NCBI GenBank assembly: GCA_032718475.1
Contig: JAUCBJ010001881.1
Coordinates: 1 to 37,092, forward strand
Source of the DNA: Nemertoderma westbladi
Taxonomy: Eukaryota > Animalia > Xenacoelomorpha
Reading direction: 5' to 3'
Length of the DNA stretch: 37,092 nt
A model generated the notes under the pieces. It did no database searches and was not told the origin of the DNA. It saw only the letters and a list, made by a program, of their open reading frames with translations. Both the position numbers and the translations under genes were made by a program. Of this stretch, positions 35,380 through 37,092 are shown one piece after another; the first letter of the stretch is position 1, and the number at the start of each line of letters is the position of its first letter.

Positions 35380-37020
35380 AGTTTTATAGCTTTCTTAAAT
35401 TTATACAGATTTATTGATTGTCGAACAGCGGTTGGTAGAGCATTCCAGACCTCTGGTGCCAGTGCCATATCACTCGTATAGATTGTTTAGCAACCAGTAA
35501 TCGTGTTCGGGGGACTGTGCACTTCCCACGTGCAGTCATTGTTGGTGGCGGTGCGCGTTCGGTGTTGGTGGGTTGTAGATGTGAATGTAAGAAGTGATGT
35601 GAACATGTCTAGAGGTCCTGTATAATCTTTTCTATGTGAGTGTAGCAAAGTGTTTGCTACCTGTTTGATGTATATGGACCGTATAGTTAGTGGGTGGAAA
35701 TTAGGGTTTCCCCTACTGATTACAATACATTCATTCTGCTTTCTGTTGTAATTTATGTAATGTTTTCAATGTTGTATCGGGTGAGTCAGTAGGTGACCGA
35801 GGTTTTCGTCGGCGTCTTGGGTGTGTGTGTCCGCGTCCGTGGTGTGAGTGTCCGGGGTGTGAGTGTTCGGGGTGTGAGTGTCCGGGGTTGTGTTGGGAGG
35901 AGACTGGGGGCATTGTACTGAATGATTTTGTTGACCATACGGCATTACAATACTGTAAGTAAGGGTCAACTAGTGTATTATATAGTATAATTAGTATTTC
36001 GGGCTTTACAAAGTTTTTTATTTTGTTAATTATACCGATGTTGCGGCTGAGTTTATTGAGAATGTGATAATGTGATATGGTATTTCCATGTCAAGTGTTC
36101 ATTCATCTATTAGAAATGCCAAGGAATTTAATCACTTTACATCGGTCAATAATATAATTATCGATTTTGATTGCGGTTTCAGGGTGGATGGAGCCTTATT
36201 TGTTTATTATGTGTATGGAATATTATGTAATTTGTTTTTTTTTTAATTTAGGGTCAATCTGCTACTGTATTAAGACTGAACCACTCAGTGAAAAGTTCTT
36301 CGTTTATGTCAGCAATTACTCGGTTTAAGTCCGTATCTGATTTGAATAAGTTAGTGTCATCAGCGAATAGTATAAACTTTACATGGTTTGATATATTGGT
36401 GACGTCATTCGTGTACAGTATATAATGAAAAGTAGAGGGCTAAGTAGACTACCCTGGGGCAGTCCTATTACAATTGTTAATCGAGCCGACTTTCCTGTTC
36501 TTATGGTAACAAACTGAACACGATCAGTGAGGTAGTTTGTTATCCAAGCTAGAACTATATCGGCTATTCCGTATCGTTGTAGTTTTTTAATAAGTATCTG
36601 GTGGTTCACTGTATCGAAGGCTTTGGACAGATCCAATGACACTCCTACAGTGAACTCACCCTTGTCGAGAGACCCTGTAACGTGCTCCAGTAGTGTTAGT
36701 ACACGTAGTGCATGTTGGGTTGATTGATTATGTCTGAAGCCAAATTGCGATGGCGAGTTTAGTTAAATAGTCAGGAAGTTCTGTATGTACGATTTTTTTA
36801 GAATTTTAATTTCGAGAAGTAACAGAGAACAGATATTGGCCTGTAGTTTTCTACAAAGAGGTAGGATTTGCAGCTTTGTATAAAGGTGTAACGCAAGCAA
36901 TTTTAATTTGTTTTGGCCTAGTTCCCCTGCAAAGGGAAAGGTTTATAATGTAAGCAAGTGGTTCTGCAATTAATGAAATTGTTTGTTGGGTGTGCACTTG
37001 ATGCAGCTAATTTATCATAC
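35380..37020 (-). mobile_element. decayed CR1/L2-like LINE (RT to 3' end), interrupted at 37020 by an LTR
   Basis: Minus-strand LDLSKAFDTVNH, GLPQGSLLSPLLF and LFADDT motifs with frameshifts; a 15-bp tandem repeat at about 35820-35890. Confidence 0.85.
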
Positions 37021-37092
37021 TGTAAAAGCTTTTGTGGGATAACTGATACGTTTGCCTTTGCTGGCCAGTTCCCCCCCCGGCGCTGGAATACT
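37021..37092 (+). mobile_element. start of a second copy of the same LTR family
   Basis: TGTAAAAGCTTTTGTGGGATAACTGAT...GAATACT is the reverse complement of 5267-5337 with a few differences. Confidence 0.85.

Noticed and set aside
35731-35969. His/Pro/Thr-rich short ORFs
   Set aside because: Products of a 15-bp tandem repeat within a decayed LINE.

Overview
Eukaryotic, repeat-rich, AT-rich genomic DNA, most likely from an invertebrate animal with a minor (U12) spliceosome; it is not prokaryotic, and I found no rRNA, intact tRNA or CRISPR. The backbone is a five-coding-exon casein kinase II beta gene on the minus strand (33769 to 10209, 224 aa when joined). Its third coding-region intron is a 9,946-bp U12-type AT-AC intron that hosts three nested genes: a CCDC160-like coiled-coil gene, PIG-W, and an orphan secreted protein. 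The PIG-W coding sequence is split by a 787-bp long-TIR non-autonomous DNA transposon whose target-site duplication (GTTTAGGTC) supplies both splice sites, so splicing would restore the protein exactly: an apparent transposon-made new intron. The same U12 intron carries, in the sense orientation, a type I hammerhead ribozyme motif with a complete catalytic core placed between Pol III A- and B-box-like motifs. The rest is an LTR retrotransposon 5' part with an open ORF of at least 619 codons (1-5337, minus), a second copy of that LTR end in inverted orientation at the right edge, RTE and CR1/L2-like LINE remnants, several MITEs, a SINE and several tandem repeats including a 3-kb 20-bp minisatellite. 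All calls were made by eye, with no database searches.
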